Source of the DNA: Haliotis rufescens
Taxonomy: Eukaryota
Length of the DNA stretch: 64,000 nt
Assembly: GCF_023055435.1 (NCBI RefSeq)
Contig: NW_025963780.1
Coordinates: 43,214,001-43,278,000, forward strand
Direction of reading: 5' to 3'
Each line of letters opens with the position of its first letter. Position 1 is the stretch's first letter. The position numbers were made by a program, and so were the translations under genes. This document shows, one piece after another, positions 46,945 through 62,679 of the stretch. Under the pieces are notes generated by a model. That model was not told the DNA's origin and did not search any database. It saw nothing but the letters and a program-made list of their open reading frames with translations.

Positions 46945-47770
46945 TAACGTTGGGTCCTCCATCACGCATTGGTCTTTGCAATAGGTGGGGGTCTCAATCA
47001 CGTATTGGTCTTTACAAAAGGTCGGGTCTCCATCACGTATTGGTCTTTAAAAAAGATCGGGTCTCCATCACGTATTGGTCTTTACAATAGATCGGGTCTC
47101 CATCACGTATTGGTCTTTACAAAAGATCGGGTCTCCATGACGTATTGGTCTTTACAATAGATCGGGTCTCCATGACGTATTAGTCTTTACAATAGATCGG
47201 GTCTCCATCACGTATTGGTCTTTACAATAGATCGGGTCTCCATCACGTATTGGTCTTTACAATAGATCGGGTCTCCATCACGTATTGGTCTTAACAATAG
47301 GTCGGGTCTCCATGACGTATTGGTCTTCACTTTAGGTCGGGTCTCCATGACGTATTGGTTTTTACAATAGGTCGGGTCTCCATGACGTATTGGTCTTTAC
47401 AATACGTCGGGTCTCCTTCACGTATTGGTCTTTGCAACACGTCGGGTCTCCTTCACGTATTGGTCTTTACAATAGGTCGGGTCTCCTTCACGTATTGGTC
47501 TTTACAATACGTCGGGTCTCCATCACGTATTGGTCTTAATAGGTCGGGTCTCCTTCACGTATTGGTCTTCACAATAGGTCGGGTCTCCTTCACGTATTGG
47601 TCTTTACAATAGGTCGGGTCTCCATGACGTATTGGTCTTTACAATAGGTCGGGTCTCCATCACGTATTGATCTTTACAATAGGTCGGGTCTCGTCACGTA
47701 TTGGTCTTTACAATACGTCGGGTCTCCTTCACGTATTTGTCTTTACAATACGTCGGGTCTCCATCAAACA
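46945..47770. repeat. Minisatellite, 35-bp unit TCGGGTCTCCATCACGTATTGGTCTTTACAATAGG (~23 copies)
   Basis: Direct; period 35 (e.g. 47091 to 47126). Confidence 0.95.
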
Positions 47771-48441
47771 CCGGCCTCTAACATACGAGGGCAACTAAAT
47801 TAAACACGGCCTGTAACACGCCTGTCGTCATTTATCACCAACGTGTGCAGGATCACACACATACAATCCCGATGTAATTGCGTTCACGGAGTTTGTACAC
47901 AGATACTTCTGACATTTATTGATAAAGATACCTGAACCTGCGGTTCGGAAAGGACTTCTGTATAACGGCACAGGGAGTATCCGTTATTATATATTGCTAT
48001 TGGACACGACATGTTTCTACATATCATTAAGCATATGCTGTATTTGTTATGGCTTTCAGAACAGCCCGGTATATATGTATTTGTTCACGTCTTTAATCAG
48101 TTTCGACACAGCGGGGAACATGGCGATTACTTAAGCTTTAAAATGAGAATTGCCAGCACACACGTCTCTAGAAATACGTCACCGTAAGTACCTTAAAAAT
48201 AATATATGGACCCTTCTTAATTGACAAAGGGGGTAATTTGAAACTTAAGTAGCCAGCGGGAGTACATAGAAACGACGCGTTCGCGTTGTTGTCAGTAACC
48301 AAGGACAAATAATCCTGCCATGGCGACGAGGCCACAACAAGGCTGGGTATATAAGCCAAGAGACAGGTGTACGGGCACATTTCAACTCTCCGTCAGACTT
48401 CATCGCCAGTCCAGTGAGATTTGTTGTATCAAACTGCAATC

Positions 48442-50502
<2,061 letters not shown>

Positions 50503-51153
50503 GTACAACTCCATCCGCCATCCCCATGATTCAACATGAAATTCAATTTGAACAAGTGAAGAAACTTTGATATTTTAAAAACAATTGGCTTTTACACCGA
50601 GGTGTAATCTGAACCTTTACTCGACAAAGACGGCTATCAGGTGTAAACCGATGGTTGCTTTGTGCCATTTTGTGCCAGATTGAATAAAACATGTTGAACG
50701 TATTTGTGTACATTATTGTCCTGTATCAACTCTTGTTTACACAGACATTCTGTTACTTATTCTGATGCACATGGGTTTGTTGACTAGATCGAATCCCTAT
50801 AGCTGCAGCATTCGTGGTTTGTCCACACATAATCTAACCCTTTTAGTAATGACACGAGGATGTTATTTCCGGGATAAGGATATTTGTTTGAGATGACATT
50901 AATGATACTAACAATTAATAATAACCAATTACGTATTGTCACTGCTATAAACAAGGACAAGGGCGCCTCTGACCTTTTAAATTATTATCTGTCATATTTA
51001 AAATAAAACATAAAATAACTTGTCATGCTACATGCCTATACCAATGATCAATGCAAAGTAACACATGTAAATGACAATGAAATATAGTGATTGTGTTAGG
51101 TGCGACGCTACTGCAGTTATATACCAGTATATGGCGTGTTGATGTGGTATGAG

Positions 51154-51322
51154 TGAGTGAGTGAGTGAGTGAGGTTTTACGCCGCTTTTAGCAATATTCC
51201 AGCAATATCACGGCGGGGGACACCAGAAATGGGCTTCACACATTGTACCCATGTCGGGAATCGAACCCGGGTCTTCGGCGTGACGAGCTAACGCTTTAAC
51301 CACAAGGCTACCCGACCGCCCC
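51154..51322 (-). mobile_element. SINE family A inserted into a SINE E, 14-bp TSD
   Basis: TSD TGATGTGGTATGAG at 51140-51153 and 51323-51336. Confidence 0.93.
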
Positions 51323-51469
51323 TGATGTGGTATGAGAAAGCCTAAAATGACGCACGTATATGGTGTAGACAAACCAAGGACTATAATCAGGGCTAATCTG
51401 AGATTCGAACTCATGATCTTCGGATCCTGGCACGATAAAGGGAAGCAAAGAATAACACACCTCTTTATG

Positions 51470-51727
51470 GTTTTTGTTTGTTGTTTAACGCCACAATCAC
51501 CAATATTCCAGCTATATGACGGAGGTCTGTTATAAATCTGGACCAGACAATCCAGTGATTGGCATCATGAGCATCGATCCACGCATTTGGGATACGATGA
51601 CATGCATCAACCAAGTCAGCGAGCCTGACCACCCGATCCCGTTAGTCACCTTTTACGACAAACATAGTCTCCTTTTACAGCAAGCATGGGGTGCTAAAGA
51701 CCTATTCTACCCCGGATCTTTGCGGGT
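51470..51727 (-). mobile_element. SINE family B, full length
   Basis: Reverse-complemented head to tail. Confidence 0.85.
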
Positions 51728-51928
51728 GTCTTTATTGTAATAACAGCGAACGCTGTTTTAGGGTGCACTTTGTTTATATACACACGTCTGTTTTTCAAAG
51801 GAATAAATATTGACATATAGTATTCGTTACAAATATATATCGCTTTCGGCGATGCACTTCAAAAGTCACTATTTTCGGTAGGTGTTGGTTTTTTCAGGGC
51901 CTTGAATATATATAAACATATATATAAA

Positions 51929-51969
51929 CAGAGACCATATAATAGATTATATCTATTATATGGTCTCTG
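51929..51969. mobile_element. 41-bp minimal MITE (19-bp TIRs, 3-bp spacer), 7-bp TSD ATATAAA
   Basis: CAGAGACCATATAATAGAT-TAT-ATCTATTATATGGTCTCTG; ATATAAA at 51922-51928 and 51970-51976. Confidence 0.8.
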
Positions 51970-52848
51970 ATATAAAGATAGCTCTCACTGTCGCCATTGT
52001 TGGCAACAAGTCATCCTTAGAAACATATCTGCGCACAACTATTTAATTTCGCGAACACCTGTTATCATCACTATTTGATAGTGATTCAACACATGCTCAT
52101 GGTATAGTCGTAATCGTACAATAGCGATTTCTTATGATTATGGAAAGTTGTTGTCGCTATATTTCCTGATTAAAATCCAAAGCTCAACAACGTGCGTGTA
52201 ACCTCACCCATATATTGGATATGGAACCTCTCATCCGTGCGAAGAGATCGTGATAAAAACTCCACACAGGTCATGTCACCAGGCACCCCGGGCTCTGTAA
52301 GGAAATTTCCAGTCTCCGACTTTCGGGTTTAAATGAAACAAACAATGGTGGGGTGAAATAGGGTTTAACACCGCTTCAAGATTATTGCGCTCATGTAGCG
52401 ACGTGCATGAGCATGCGTGTCTATATGGCGGCTTGTACTAGTCCGGACTAACGCCGGTTTTATAGTGTCGACCCACTGAGATACCATGCCGCAGTTTAAC
52501 ATGGTGATAGGGTTGCACTGAGGAATCTCTGATTAAATAAGCAGTCTGTAAATTTATTATTGCTGAACTTGTTTGTTTTTTTGTTTTAATAAGAATTGAC
52601 TTCGACATATCTTTGTGTTTATTGAGGAATGCACGTAAAACCGGTGTAAAATCTTTATCTTACCCCCACAAATGCCAAAGATGTCAATTCTTAAATATCA
52701 AAACGACTTACTCAAAACACTGATAATAATTGAATCGTTCCGGTTTTGTTTCAAAATAGGATAGATAGGTTGGTGGACTTTTAAATTTGTATATATTTTG
52801 GGGGAAAAACACCAGGAACAATGATTAACACTGAAACATAAGGCTCAA

Positions 52849-53276
52849 CGGGGCGGTGGGGTAGCCTAGTGGTTAAAGCGTTCACTCGTCACGCCGAAGG
52901 CCCGGATTCGTTCCCCACATGGGTACGATGTGTGAAGCCCATTTCTGGTGTCCCCGCCGTGAAACTGCTGGAATATTGCTAAAAGCGGCGTAAAACCATA
53001 CTCACTCACTCACTCACTACACTCGGTGACCGCCTCCGTGGTCTAGAGCGTCTGCCCGGAGAGCGGAAGGTCGGGCATTCTATCTCTAGATGCATCATAC
53101 CAAAAGACGTTAAAAGATGGTACTTGTTGTTACCCTGCCTGGTGCTCGGCATTAAGGGGCTAAAACCATGACTGGTCGGCTCGGAGTCAGTAGACTGTGT
53201 CTGAGTGGGGTATTTATGTTAGGCTGCGCATGATATTTTCAGTGAGCTATCACTATGAAATCGGCATATGTCCGGA
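52849..53276 (+). mobile_element. SINE A (52849-53020) followed by SINE D/V-SINE (53028-53276)
   Basis: Both family consensus sequences recognisable. Confidence 0.85.
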
Positions 53277-54033
53277 CTAAAGTACTGTCGGAAATGCTAG
53301 AAAAGTGTTTTTTGCCGGTTAAAAAAGGATAGAACTTTTCACAGACTGTTGCTATTGAAATATCGAATAACTACCGATAGACCTACCTGTGGTTTGAAGT
53401 ATTTCGGTTACAAGGAGTCCCATCGACAATTTTACAGGATAAAAATTCAAACGAAAACCCTAAAGTTCGGATATATTATAAGTCCAATGATGGCAGTCTA
53501 AAACGAACTATAGAAATATACGCACGTGACTTTGTTGTAATGATAATAATGTAGTCTTCCGAAAACATCTAATCAACACCAAAAATATCACATGGAGAAA
53601 ATTCTAGATGCGCATCTTCTAATATAACAAAATGACGCTGCGTTTGTTTTATCAACACTGCTCTCATGATGCATGTTACATTACACTTGCATAGCCATAG
53701 CCACGGTACACGACATGGAGTCGGTACTAGGACATGCATATTAGTACTTTACACTTTAGAGAGATGGAGGGAACCATTTATTAGTTTAGGTAGTGTGAAA
53801 ATTACCGAACTGCCCAAGCTATGGGGGAAATATTCAGAGAGAAATATTCCATCTCGTCTATGAGGTCACATTATCTCCGTACAATTCAGGGCACTATCAC
53901 AGTCAGGGCTAGGATAGGCTAGATTAGGTCAATTTGCCTTACTTTGAAATATGCAATTTTCATAGCCCTATGACTCGTGTTTTTTAAATGAAGCCAGAAA
54001 AGCATTTTTCTAGCATTTCTGACATTACTTTAG
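53277..54033. mobile_element. Non-autonomous DNA transposon with ~33-bp imperfect TIRs
   Basis: CTAAAGTACTGTCGGAAATGCTAGAAAAGTG at the left end versus its reverse complement at 54001-54033; interrupts the V-SINE. Confidence 0.65.
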
Positions 54034-54444
54034 TTAGTCACACACACACGCGCGCGACTGTGCCTCTGCATGGCACCCTCGTATAACCTAACGCTTAGTG
54101 ATCATCTTATATATTTACATCCCCTTTATCATTTTACCCCTTGGACACCCACCCCCCATCCACACACCACCACCACCACCCAGACCCCTTTGCAATCTTA
54201 GCCCTTAACACCCCCACCCCCTAGATTGTAGCTAGATTTGATAACTGAAGTATATGAGTGTTTGACATTTCGTGTTTCAAAAATACACTGATCTTTCAAA
54301 GACGAAAGGAATTCAACGGGGTATATTTTCTTTTTCTTTAATAATTCCATGTTACAAGTGTTAGAAGTGCCATAAAATACGCCATGTAAACAATCATTCT
54401 GCGAAACGCGTCAGTTAACGGAAAGCACCGAAAATGTCCGAACG

Positions 54445-54475
54445 GTGTGTCACGTGACAAAACATGGCAGCGCCC
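54445..54475 (+). promoter_or_regulatory. CLP1 proximal promoter motifs
   Basis: Palindromic E-box GTCACGTGAC at 54449-54458 and YY1-like AACATGGC, ~90 bp upstream of the ATG. Confidence 0.5.
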
Positions 54476-54548
54476 ATTGAATGTTGCATGTGAGGCGCAA
54501 CTCGTAAACAAATAGAAATATTTGAAGGAACAACTTAGAACCAAAGCT

Positions 54549-57500
54549 ATGGCTGACGATAAAGAAGAGGTATGTTTTAGGGATACAATATGAGTCCGAC
54601 AGTGAATAGTTTCATCCAGCTGGTACAGTGTTTAGACGAATCGGCATATTGTCCATATGCAAAATCGTCAGCTGGTGTGTGGGCCCAATCAGTGTGACTA
54701 TGACATAATTGTTCAACGGGACTAACCAATTTTAGACTGAAGTAGGCAGTTTGTTTACACTGCCAAATACAGTAAGAAATCTGGTTAGAACATCAGTCAA
54801 TATCACACAGATTTTCAGTGATAGAATCGAACAGTTTTAGTCCACTAGGCCTAATCCTTATAATGATAACATCTAGAAACCCTTGAAAAAGGCAAATTTC
54901 TACTAGTCCTTAGGATACCTTAACTTTTGGGCAGTTTGGCAAGGACTATAGAAACGTTGCCAAGACTGACAGTTAGTCTACAGCTATCTATGAATTACCT
55001 TCGTATCTATTTGACACATCCATAGATCAGTTGACTGATCTTTGAAAGGTGATTATAATTTACAATCATCTTTCAAAGATCGGTCAAATGGTTGATGATG
55101 TCTAACACATGTGACCGCCACAGGTTCATTAATAACTTCGAAAAGCTCTCCCATCATGGGTACTATTTGCTAGATTTTATAAGATGTGTACACTGAACTA
55201 ATAAAATCTGATAATCATGACCCATGTGGTTGACACTTGACCCAGCAGTGACTGAAACGACATACAACATTAACCTGGATCAATAATCAGACTGAAAATG
55301 AACCTACTCCAAAGATGTTACCTTATTGTCATAAACAAAGTTATAAATGATACACACATTTGATCAAATTCAATTCAGTTTGTTACCAAGGTGTAGGTCA
55401 TCAGCCCATAGTTACATCTGAATATGCCCGTATGTCAACAGACAAGAGGTGTAAGAAGGTTGTAGATTACATACATCATCTAACATGTATAGTAGGGCTG
55501 GGACAGGTAGCTTGTGTACTCGGGTCAGGTCGGTACTGAGTAGGACATGGTTAACCACAGGACTACCCGGACCCATGTTTTGTCACGTGATATATTGTTT
55601 AAAGACAAAATTCACTCTAACTCCATGCTTACACTACAAGTCACTAATGTGTGCTTTTCTTTCTGACTTTGCATGCATTGCTTCTGTTTTTTATATGTTT
55701 GAATCAAGTTAAAGCTTCAGTCAGCTTCAGTGTATGCATGACCAGTTTGGCATGGACCACAGGACTAGTGCCATTTCTATATCATTTGGTAAAGACCCTG
55801 AGATCTCAGAACTGAAGAGCAAGATTGGATGTATGTACTCGCTGAAATATGATCTTGATAATATTTCTTGTTTGTAGAGAAAGGAAGAATACAAACTTGA
55901 GAAGTTTTCTGAATTAAGATTTGAAGTGGAATCTAAAGCAAGTGTGAACTTAGAGGTAAGTATGTAAGTTAGTATTATGCCTGTTGTGTAGACTGTATTG
56001 TGTAATTGTAAGATGTATAACCGTATTAACATGATCAAGCACCCTCCTCCAATAAGCACCCCTGACCAACTTAAAGACCAATTTGTAAGTAATCTTCATA
56101 AGACTGAATGTCTACATTTACAGATTTTTTACAGTAAACAGCTCTGAAAATGGGGAAAATAATTGCATTGTAACTGTTATGAGAAAATGTTAGTTTCATG
56201 AATGTTTGAACTAATTATTTACTACCGCTTGATCTCTGAAAATATATTTAACTTGTATATAGTTTTAATAAGCACCCCATTTATCAATTTTCTGTTCGCT
56301 TATTATCGGTCTGTGTAACACTTTATGGAGAAAAAGAGGAGAAAATACCTTTCTTATTGTAAACCTTCCCTCTGTATATATATCACAAGTAATAGAACAC
56401 ACAAAGGAAAAAGTGGTCATTACATTGCATCTATTGATCCATTGTGTTTTATTTTAATGAAAGAATCAAGGTCAATACAAACTGTATGGCCTGAACAATC
56501 TTGGTTTGAGCTTGACTTTACACCTTCCTTATTAAACTCATTCCCAACCCCTCTCTACATGGCCTTACCACGCTTATGAAACTATACTGTTGGCAATACC
56601 CATAACTTTTGTCATATCCCAGAATCCCTGACATGGTGTTGTCACAAGTCTGTCATGACTGGTGATTTAATACATACATAATATGGAATGGTATATAATA
56701 GTTAATTATGATCATCAGAACTTTTGATATCTGTCAATTCTGATTTTCTTGATAACAACATGCGTTACCATTGTTACTAAATGTTGACATGATCTTGTCT
56801 TTCAGTTATGCGATGGAATGGCTGAGGTGTTTGGCACGGAATTAACCAAAAATAAGCGCTATGTGTTTCAAGCCGGCTCCAAAGTGGCCGTGTTCACATG
56901 GCATGGTTGTACCATCAAAATATCCTTTCACCATACACAAGATACGCTCTTCGTCTCTCTCAGCACAAGAGATATATTGTTGATGTTAAACAAAGATAAC
57001 CAGTGAAGAAGTATTTTTGTTTCTTAGGCTATTTCATAAGCAAACATAAAGTGGTCGCCCCTAACGAAATTGAGGCGAGGTAAGCTCTGGACCACATACT
57101 ACTATTTTTTATATCACACCATTCATTGTGACACAGAATATTTGACATAACAGTCAGTACTAAAGAAGTGTCATGTGAACATCAGCAATCTTCAGAAACC
57201 TATTATCTGCCGTAAAAGGCAACTATGCTTGTCGTAAGAGGCGACTAACAGGATTGGGTGGTCAGGCTCGCTGACTTGGTTGATGCATGTCATCGTATCG
57301 CAATTGAGTAGCTCAGTGCTCCTGATATCAGTCACTGGATTATCTGATCCAGACTCGATTATTTACAAACCACTGTCATATAGCTGGAATATTGCTGAGT
57401 GCAGCGTTAAACAACAAACATATTAACAAACAAACAGAATCTCCGCTGTCTGTTTTCCCTACGATTTAAAAACATTGATTTAGTCAGTTTCTATCTTTGC

Positions 57501-60500
57501 TTTCTGCCCCAAATGTATTGCCACACATACTGTGACTATTGTAATAACCCAGTTCTTGTGAATTGTAGACAAGTGTACATATTATTGCCAATGCTGACCG
57601 ACAATGATTGAGAAAGAATTTCTATAAGTATTAGAAATGATGCTGTCCTCAAATATGTCAAATCAGCTGTATAAACAAATCAGATGTGATTGAAATCCTT
57701 GATTGACCAATCAGAATCAAGTGCTTTTCAGAGTCATAGTAATATTAATCATGTTAATTATAACCTTTTGTCGATACTGATCTCAACCCATAGGTATTCA
57801 ATATTGCTGTAGAATTACATACAGATTGGTTAACTGACTGTAAAAGTCCAGTTTCCACCCTTGCTGAACTAGGCTGGAATTTGTGGGCTCGATCGTAACA
57901 CCACCAGTGTCTATTACGAGTTATGTCCCTCCTATTGACCAATCACATTCCAGCTTTCATACCATTTGCATTTGCTTCAAACAAAATCGCGGCTCCAGTC
58001 AGGATGATCTGATCCATAATCAAAATCTATTTTGTAATATAAAGGGTCTTTGTGAAATGCATCCAATCACATGAGCACCTTGTTTAAAAACATGAACAGA
58101 TTTGGAACCGAGTTGGATGTACACATGCTTTGCAAATCCTGTAATCGACTGAAATCTGCATGACAGATGTCGATTTCGTTATGAGATTTTGATTGGACTA
58201 TACATAGACTCCTTAGTCCAGCCAAAATATATGACTCCATAATTCCAGCCTAGTTTGTCAAGGGTGGAATCTGGACTTTTATATGACATGTATCATGTTT
58301 ACACAACATTGGCCTTGACCTTGTAACCTCAGCGGCAAGACGGAAGTTGCCTATGTTTCCAAGGAGACCCCGATGGTGATGTACGTAAATACACATGCAG
58401 CGCTGGAACAGATGAGGGAGAAAGCAGATACCGAGAACTCCCGCGGACCAAGGGTGAGATACGAGGAGCGGGATGACTTGGGGATGTCCTTGTATATCGG
58501 GATATCAATGTATCGGTACATTTTTAATGTCATCCTGTATCGATACAAATTTATGAAAAATATTCTAAATCACTGATGAACAGAATTGTTTGCAATGGTT
58601 TAGATTACCATGCTTAAGATGGTTCATGAGAAGGCAGAAATTCAAGTTATACCTTACCTGACGCTACACCTACAGCACCATGTAGCATCAGGTACGTATA
58701 AAAAAATTGCATATAATCAGAAATGCTCATGTTTTGCCTTACCTGATGCTACACAGTGCTGTAGGTGTAGCGTTAGGTAAGTATAAAAACATTGCATTTA
58801 ATCAGAAGTGCTCATTTCTAATCATTTAATGGATCAGTCTAGTTCATATTTAGCATTAAATGGCAGGACTATGGTGGTCATTTGTGTCTTACACATATAC
58901 AGAATAGTTATTATTAATAGATGTGTCATGATGATCTGGGTTAGAGGTGAACTTCAGCAACCCATGCTTATCGTAAAGGGGCGACCAACAAGATAGGGGG
59001 GTCAGACTCGTTGTCTTGGTTTATGCGTGTCATCGTCTCTTGCATAGATTGATGTTCCTGATGTAAGTTGCTGGATTGTCTTGTCCAGTCTTGATTATTT
59101 ACAGACTGCCATCATATGACGCCATCGCTATTTCAATACTGAAATTTCCAATCAATGACACCGTACATAGGATGAGCATGATGCATGAATGAAGATGTTT
59201 TTAGTTGTCATAAGAGGGTCCAAATGGATCGGGTGGACAGGCTTGCTGATTTGGTCAATGCATGTCATCCTATCCCAGTTACGTGGATTGATGCTGGTCA
59301 TGTCGACCACTGTATTGTCTGGTCCAGACTCGATTATTTACAGGAATGTTCAATCAATCAATCACCATGAGATGTAATGCATCTTCAAAGGGACTCAATA
59401 GACAACCAATCAAAACATATATAAAGTATAAACATGTAAAGCCAACATGGCAGGTGTTGAGTTAATTAATGAAAAGTGTTTTGAGAGCTCTTGTAAATGC
59501 AATTAGCAAATAGTATGTTACAGTTAAGTTTCATGTACTGTTACATGTAACCTTTAACACTTTGTATCATTTTGTATCAATACATGACCTCACAGTACCA
59601 TACTCAACTCGTGACACAGAGTATCATGGACCGCCTCCGTTGTCTAGTGGTAGAGTATTGGCCCGGAGAGCAGAAGGTCCATTGTTTGATCCCCGGCTGT
59701 GTCTTAACTCATTAGAATATTGTACTTTTTGTTACCCTGTCTGATGCTCGGCATGAAGGGGCTAAAACAAGGACTGGTCAGCTCGGAGCCAGTATACTGT
59801 GTCTGAGTGGGGTATTCATGTTAAACTGCGGCATGGTATCTGAGTGGGCTAGCATTATAAAATCGACATTGGTGCAGACTGGTATAAGCAAATACCCGCA
59901 CATGTGCATGCACTTCGCTTGTCGTAAGAGGCGACTAAAAGGGTCAGGTGGTCAGACTCGCTGATTTGGTTCATACATGTCATTGTATCCCAATTGCCTA
60001 GATCGATGCTCATGATGTCAATCACTGGATTGTCAGGTCCAGACTCGATTATTTACAGACCGCCGTCATATAGCTTGAATATTGCTGAGTGCGGCATTAA
60101 ACAGCAAACAAACAAAGCAAACTATATAAGTGCAATAATCTTGGACGTGACATTAAACCCCATTTCCCTCAATCTCGCCAAGGGGCGGTCGGGTAGCCTA
60201 GTGGTTAAAGCGTTAGCTCGTCACGCCGAAGACCCGGGTTCGATTCCCGACATGGGTACAATGTGTGAAGCCCATTTCTGGTGTCCCCCGCCGTGATATT
60301 GCTAAAAGCAGCGTAAAACCATACTCACTCACTCACTCACTCACTCCACCTCGCTGAGTATCATGAGTCCCCCAATGTTGGGTGTATTGCTCCACCACTT
60401 ATGTCAGTCTGTGTTGTGCAGGTGCTTGTTGTTGGGCCAACTGATGTCGGAAAGAGCACGCTGTGCCGCCTCCTCTGCAACTACGCTGTGCGGCTCGGGC

Positions 60501-62679
60501 GTGCTCCAGTCCTGGCGGATCTAGACGTTGGTCAGGTGAGAAGCAGACATGATTGGAATGTCACGAGTCCTTTACTTTGTGTGCCAAACATCACAGCTAA
60601 TGTGTCTTTTTCTTAACATGGTCCAGTGGATAGAGCGTCTGCCCAGAGAGTGGAAGATCATTGGTTAGATTCCTTGGCTAAAAAATATGTTAAAAGATGG
60701 TTATTGTTGTTAGCCTGCGTGGAGTTCAGCATTGAAGTTAATTGGAGAAAACAAGGACTTTTCGGCAAGGGGTCAATATACTGTGTCTGATTGGGGTATC
60801 CATATTAAACTGCAGCTTGGTATCTCAGTGAGCAAGTACTATTAAGTCAGTCCAAACAAGTACAAGCAGCCACNNNNNNNNNNNNNNNNNNNNNNNNNNN
60901 NNNNNNNNNNNNNNNNNNNNNNNNNNNNNNNNNNNNNNNNNNNNNNNNNNNNNNNNNNNNNNNNNNNNNNNNNNNNNNNNNNNNNNNNNNNNNNNNNNNN
61001 NNNNNNNNNNNNNNNNNNNNNNNNNNNNNNNNNNNNNNNNNNNNNNNNNNNNNNNNNNNNNNNNNNNNNNNNNNNNNNNNNNNNNNNNNNNNNNNNNNNN
61101 NNNNNNNNNNNNNNNNNNNNNNNNNNNNNNNNNNNNNNNNNNNNNNNNNNNNNNNNNNNNNNNATTACCTATTTGTTCAGGTCATGTCATAATATGCAAG
61201 GGTTTCATCCCTGCCAACCACACTGAAGAAACTACTGCATTTGATTTTGTTAAACATGCTGCTTTTTTGACAGGATTAATTTCAAGTAAATGGAGTTAAG
61301 TTTATATGTCTTGATAGTCAGGGATGGTGGGGTAGCCTAGTGGTTAAAGGGTTTGCCTGTCTCGCTGAAGGCCCTGGTTTGATTCCCCTCATGGGCACAA
61401 TCTGGTGTCCCCCGCTGTGACATTGCTAGAATATTGCTAAACATGCTAAACGTGGCGTACAACCATACTCACTCACTCACTCTTGATAGTCATGTATGTG
61501 CACACATCACGTCCTGGTTCTGGAAGTAGTATTTGCCTCAACACTTGTTCTTGTTCTTGTTCTTTCAGAATCAGATAGGAATCCCAGGAACAATAGGTAG
61601 GTGAACAAACCACAGAAAGAGAGTGAGACGTCTATGAAATGTTCTCAAGGTTCCTCGGCACGTGAAGATCCGGGTAGAGAATAGGTCTTCAGCAACCCAT
61701 GCTTGTTGTTAGAGGCGACTATGGGGATCGGGTGGTCAGCTTCACTGACTTGGTTGATGCATGCTATCGCATCTCAAATGTGTTGACCGATGCTCATGAT
61801 GTCAATTGCTGGATTGTCTGGTCCAGATTCGATTATTTACGGACCACCATCATATAGCTGGCATATTGCTGAGTGCGGCGTTAAACAACAAATAAACAAA
61901 TGTAATTGGACTAATCTTGTCTTAAAACAAACATTAAACATATTGTGATTGTGTTATAGTGTCAATGGAATTTGACATTCAAAATCAACATTAAGTACCA
62001 TCATTAAGAAGACAGTCCATTCTCAAACCCTGCTTGTTGACTGATTTTGGCCCCGCCTCGTAAAAGTTACGAGCTGCCACTCACCAAGACATGGGTTCAT
62101 GAATGCAGTCAGCAAAACGAGGCCAGAGCAAAATCACTGACAATGTTATTATTTGAATGCTATGAAGTGATCACCGCTAATAGTCAACGCTGCTATTATG
62201 TGTATTGTCTATCGTTTTATGCAAGATAGCAGGTGTTTCCAAGCGAAAACGTATATAACTAACAATGTATATAACAAACTGATTTCTCCAGTCCCTTGTA
62301 GTTCGTTATAACTGTGTGACGTTAAATTTTAACTCACTCACTCACTCACTTACTCACACCCACCCACACACCCACCCACCCACGCACGCACGCACTCACT
62401 CACTCACACCCACCCACACACCCACCCACGCACGCACTCACTCACTCACTCACTCACTCACTCACTCACTCACTCTACTGTAACTGAGATGCTGTCCCCC
62501 CAATGTAGGGGCTATCGTCGTGGAGCGGCCTGCTGATGTGGAGGAGGGCTTCTCGGAGGCAGCACCACTCTGTTTCCACTTCGGACACAAGTCCCCTAGC
62601 GAGAATCTCACACTCTTCAATCTCCTCGTGTCGCGACTGGCCGATGTCATCAATCTGCGATGTGAATCCAGCAACAAAG
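54549..62679 (+). CDS. CLP1: Polyribonucleotide 5'-hydroxyl-kinase Clp1, partial (continues beyond window); exons 54549-54569, 55878-55955, 56806-56919, 58328-58453, 60422-60535, 61569-61596, 62509-62679
   Basis: Spliced translation [25 protein letters not shown]...[10 protein letters not shown]...[29 protein letters not shown]...[16 protein letters not shown] (P-loop)...[29 protein letters not shown], colinear with metazoan CLP1. Confidence 0.95.
57200..57435 (+). mobile_element. SINE family B
   Basis: Consensus match. Confidence 0.85.
57841..58281. mobile_element. MITE-like element with ~41-bp TIRs inside the U12 intron
   Basis: TAAAAGTCCAGTTTCCACCCTTGCTGAACTAGGCTGGAATT versus AATTCCAGCCTAGTTTGTCAAGGGTGGAATCTGGACTTTTA. 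Confidence 0.75.
59628..60346 (+). mobile_element. Nested SINE cluster: V-SINE D (59628-59918, 60121-60178) interrupted by SINE B (59919-60119), followed by SINE A (60182-60346)
   Basis: The D sequence resumes (CTATATAAGTGCAATAATC) after the B tail. Confidence 0.85.
60874..61163. other. Assembly gap (N run)
   Basis: 290 Ns; preceded by a SINE D copy at 60620-60873. Confidence 1.
61321..61480 (+). mobile_element. SINE family A with 12-bp TSD
   Basis: TSD TCTTGATAGTCA at 61309-61320 and 61481-61492. Confidence 0.9.
61661..61900 (+). mobile_element. SINE family B
   Basis: Consensus match. Confidence 0.85.
62332..62475. repeat. (ACTC)n/(ACCC)n compound microsatellite
   Basis: Direct. Confidence 0.9.

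Larger units (their letters stand above)
56920..58327 (+). other. U12-type (minor spliceosome) AT-AC intron of CLP1
   Basis: 5' ATATCCTTT, branch-site CCTTGAC at 58313-58319, 3' AC; the phase-0 join restores the conserved protein. Confidence 0.9.

Noticed and set aside
60182-60255. tRNA-like sequences with A and B boxes (many copies)
   Set aside because: They are SINE heads followed by body, tail and TSDs, with no intact acceptor stem; not tRNA genes
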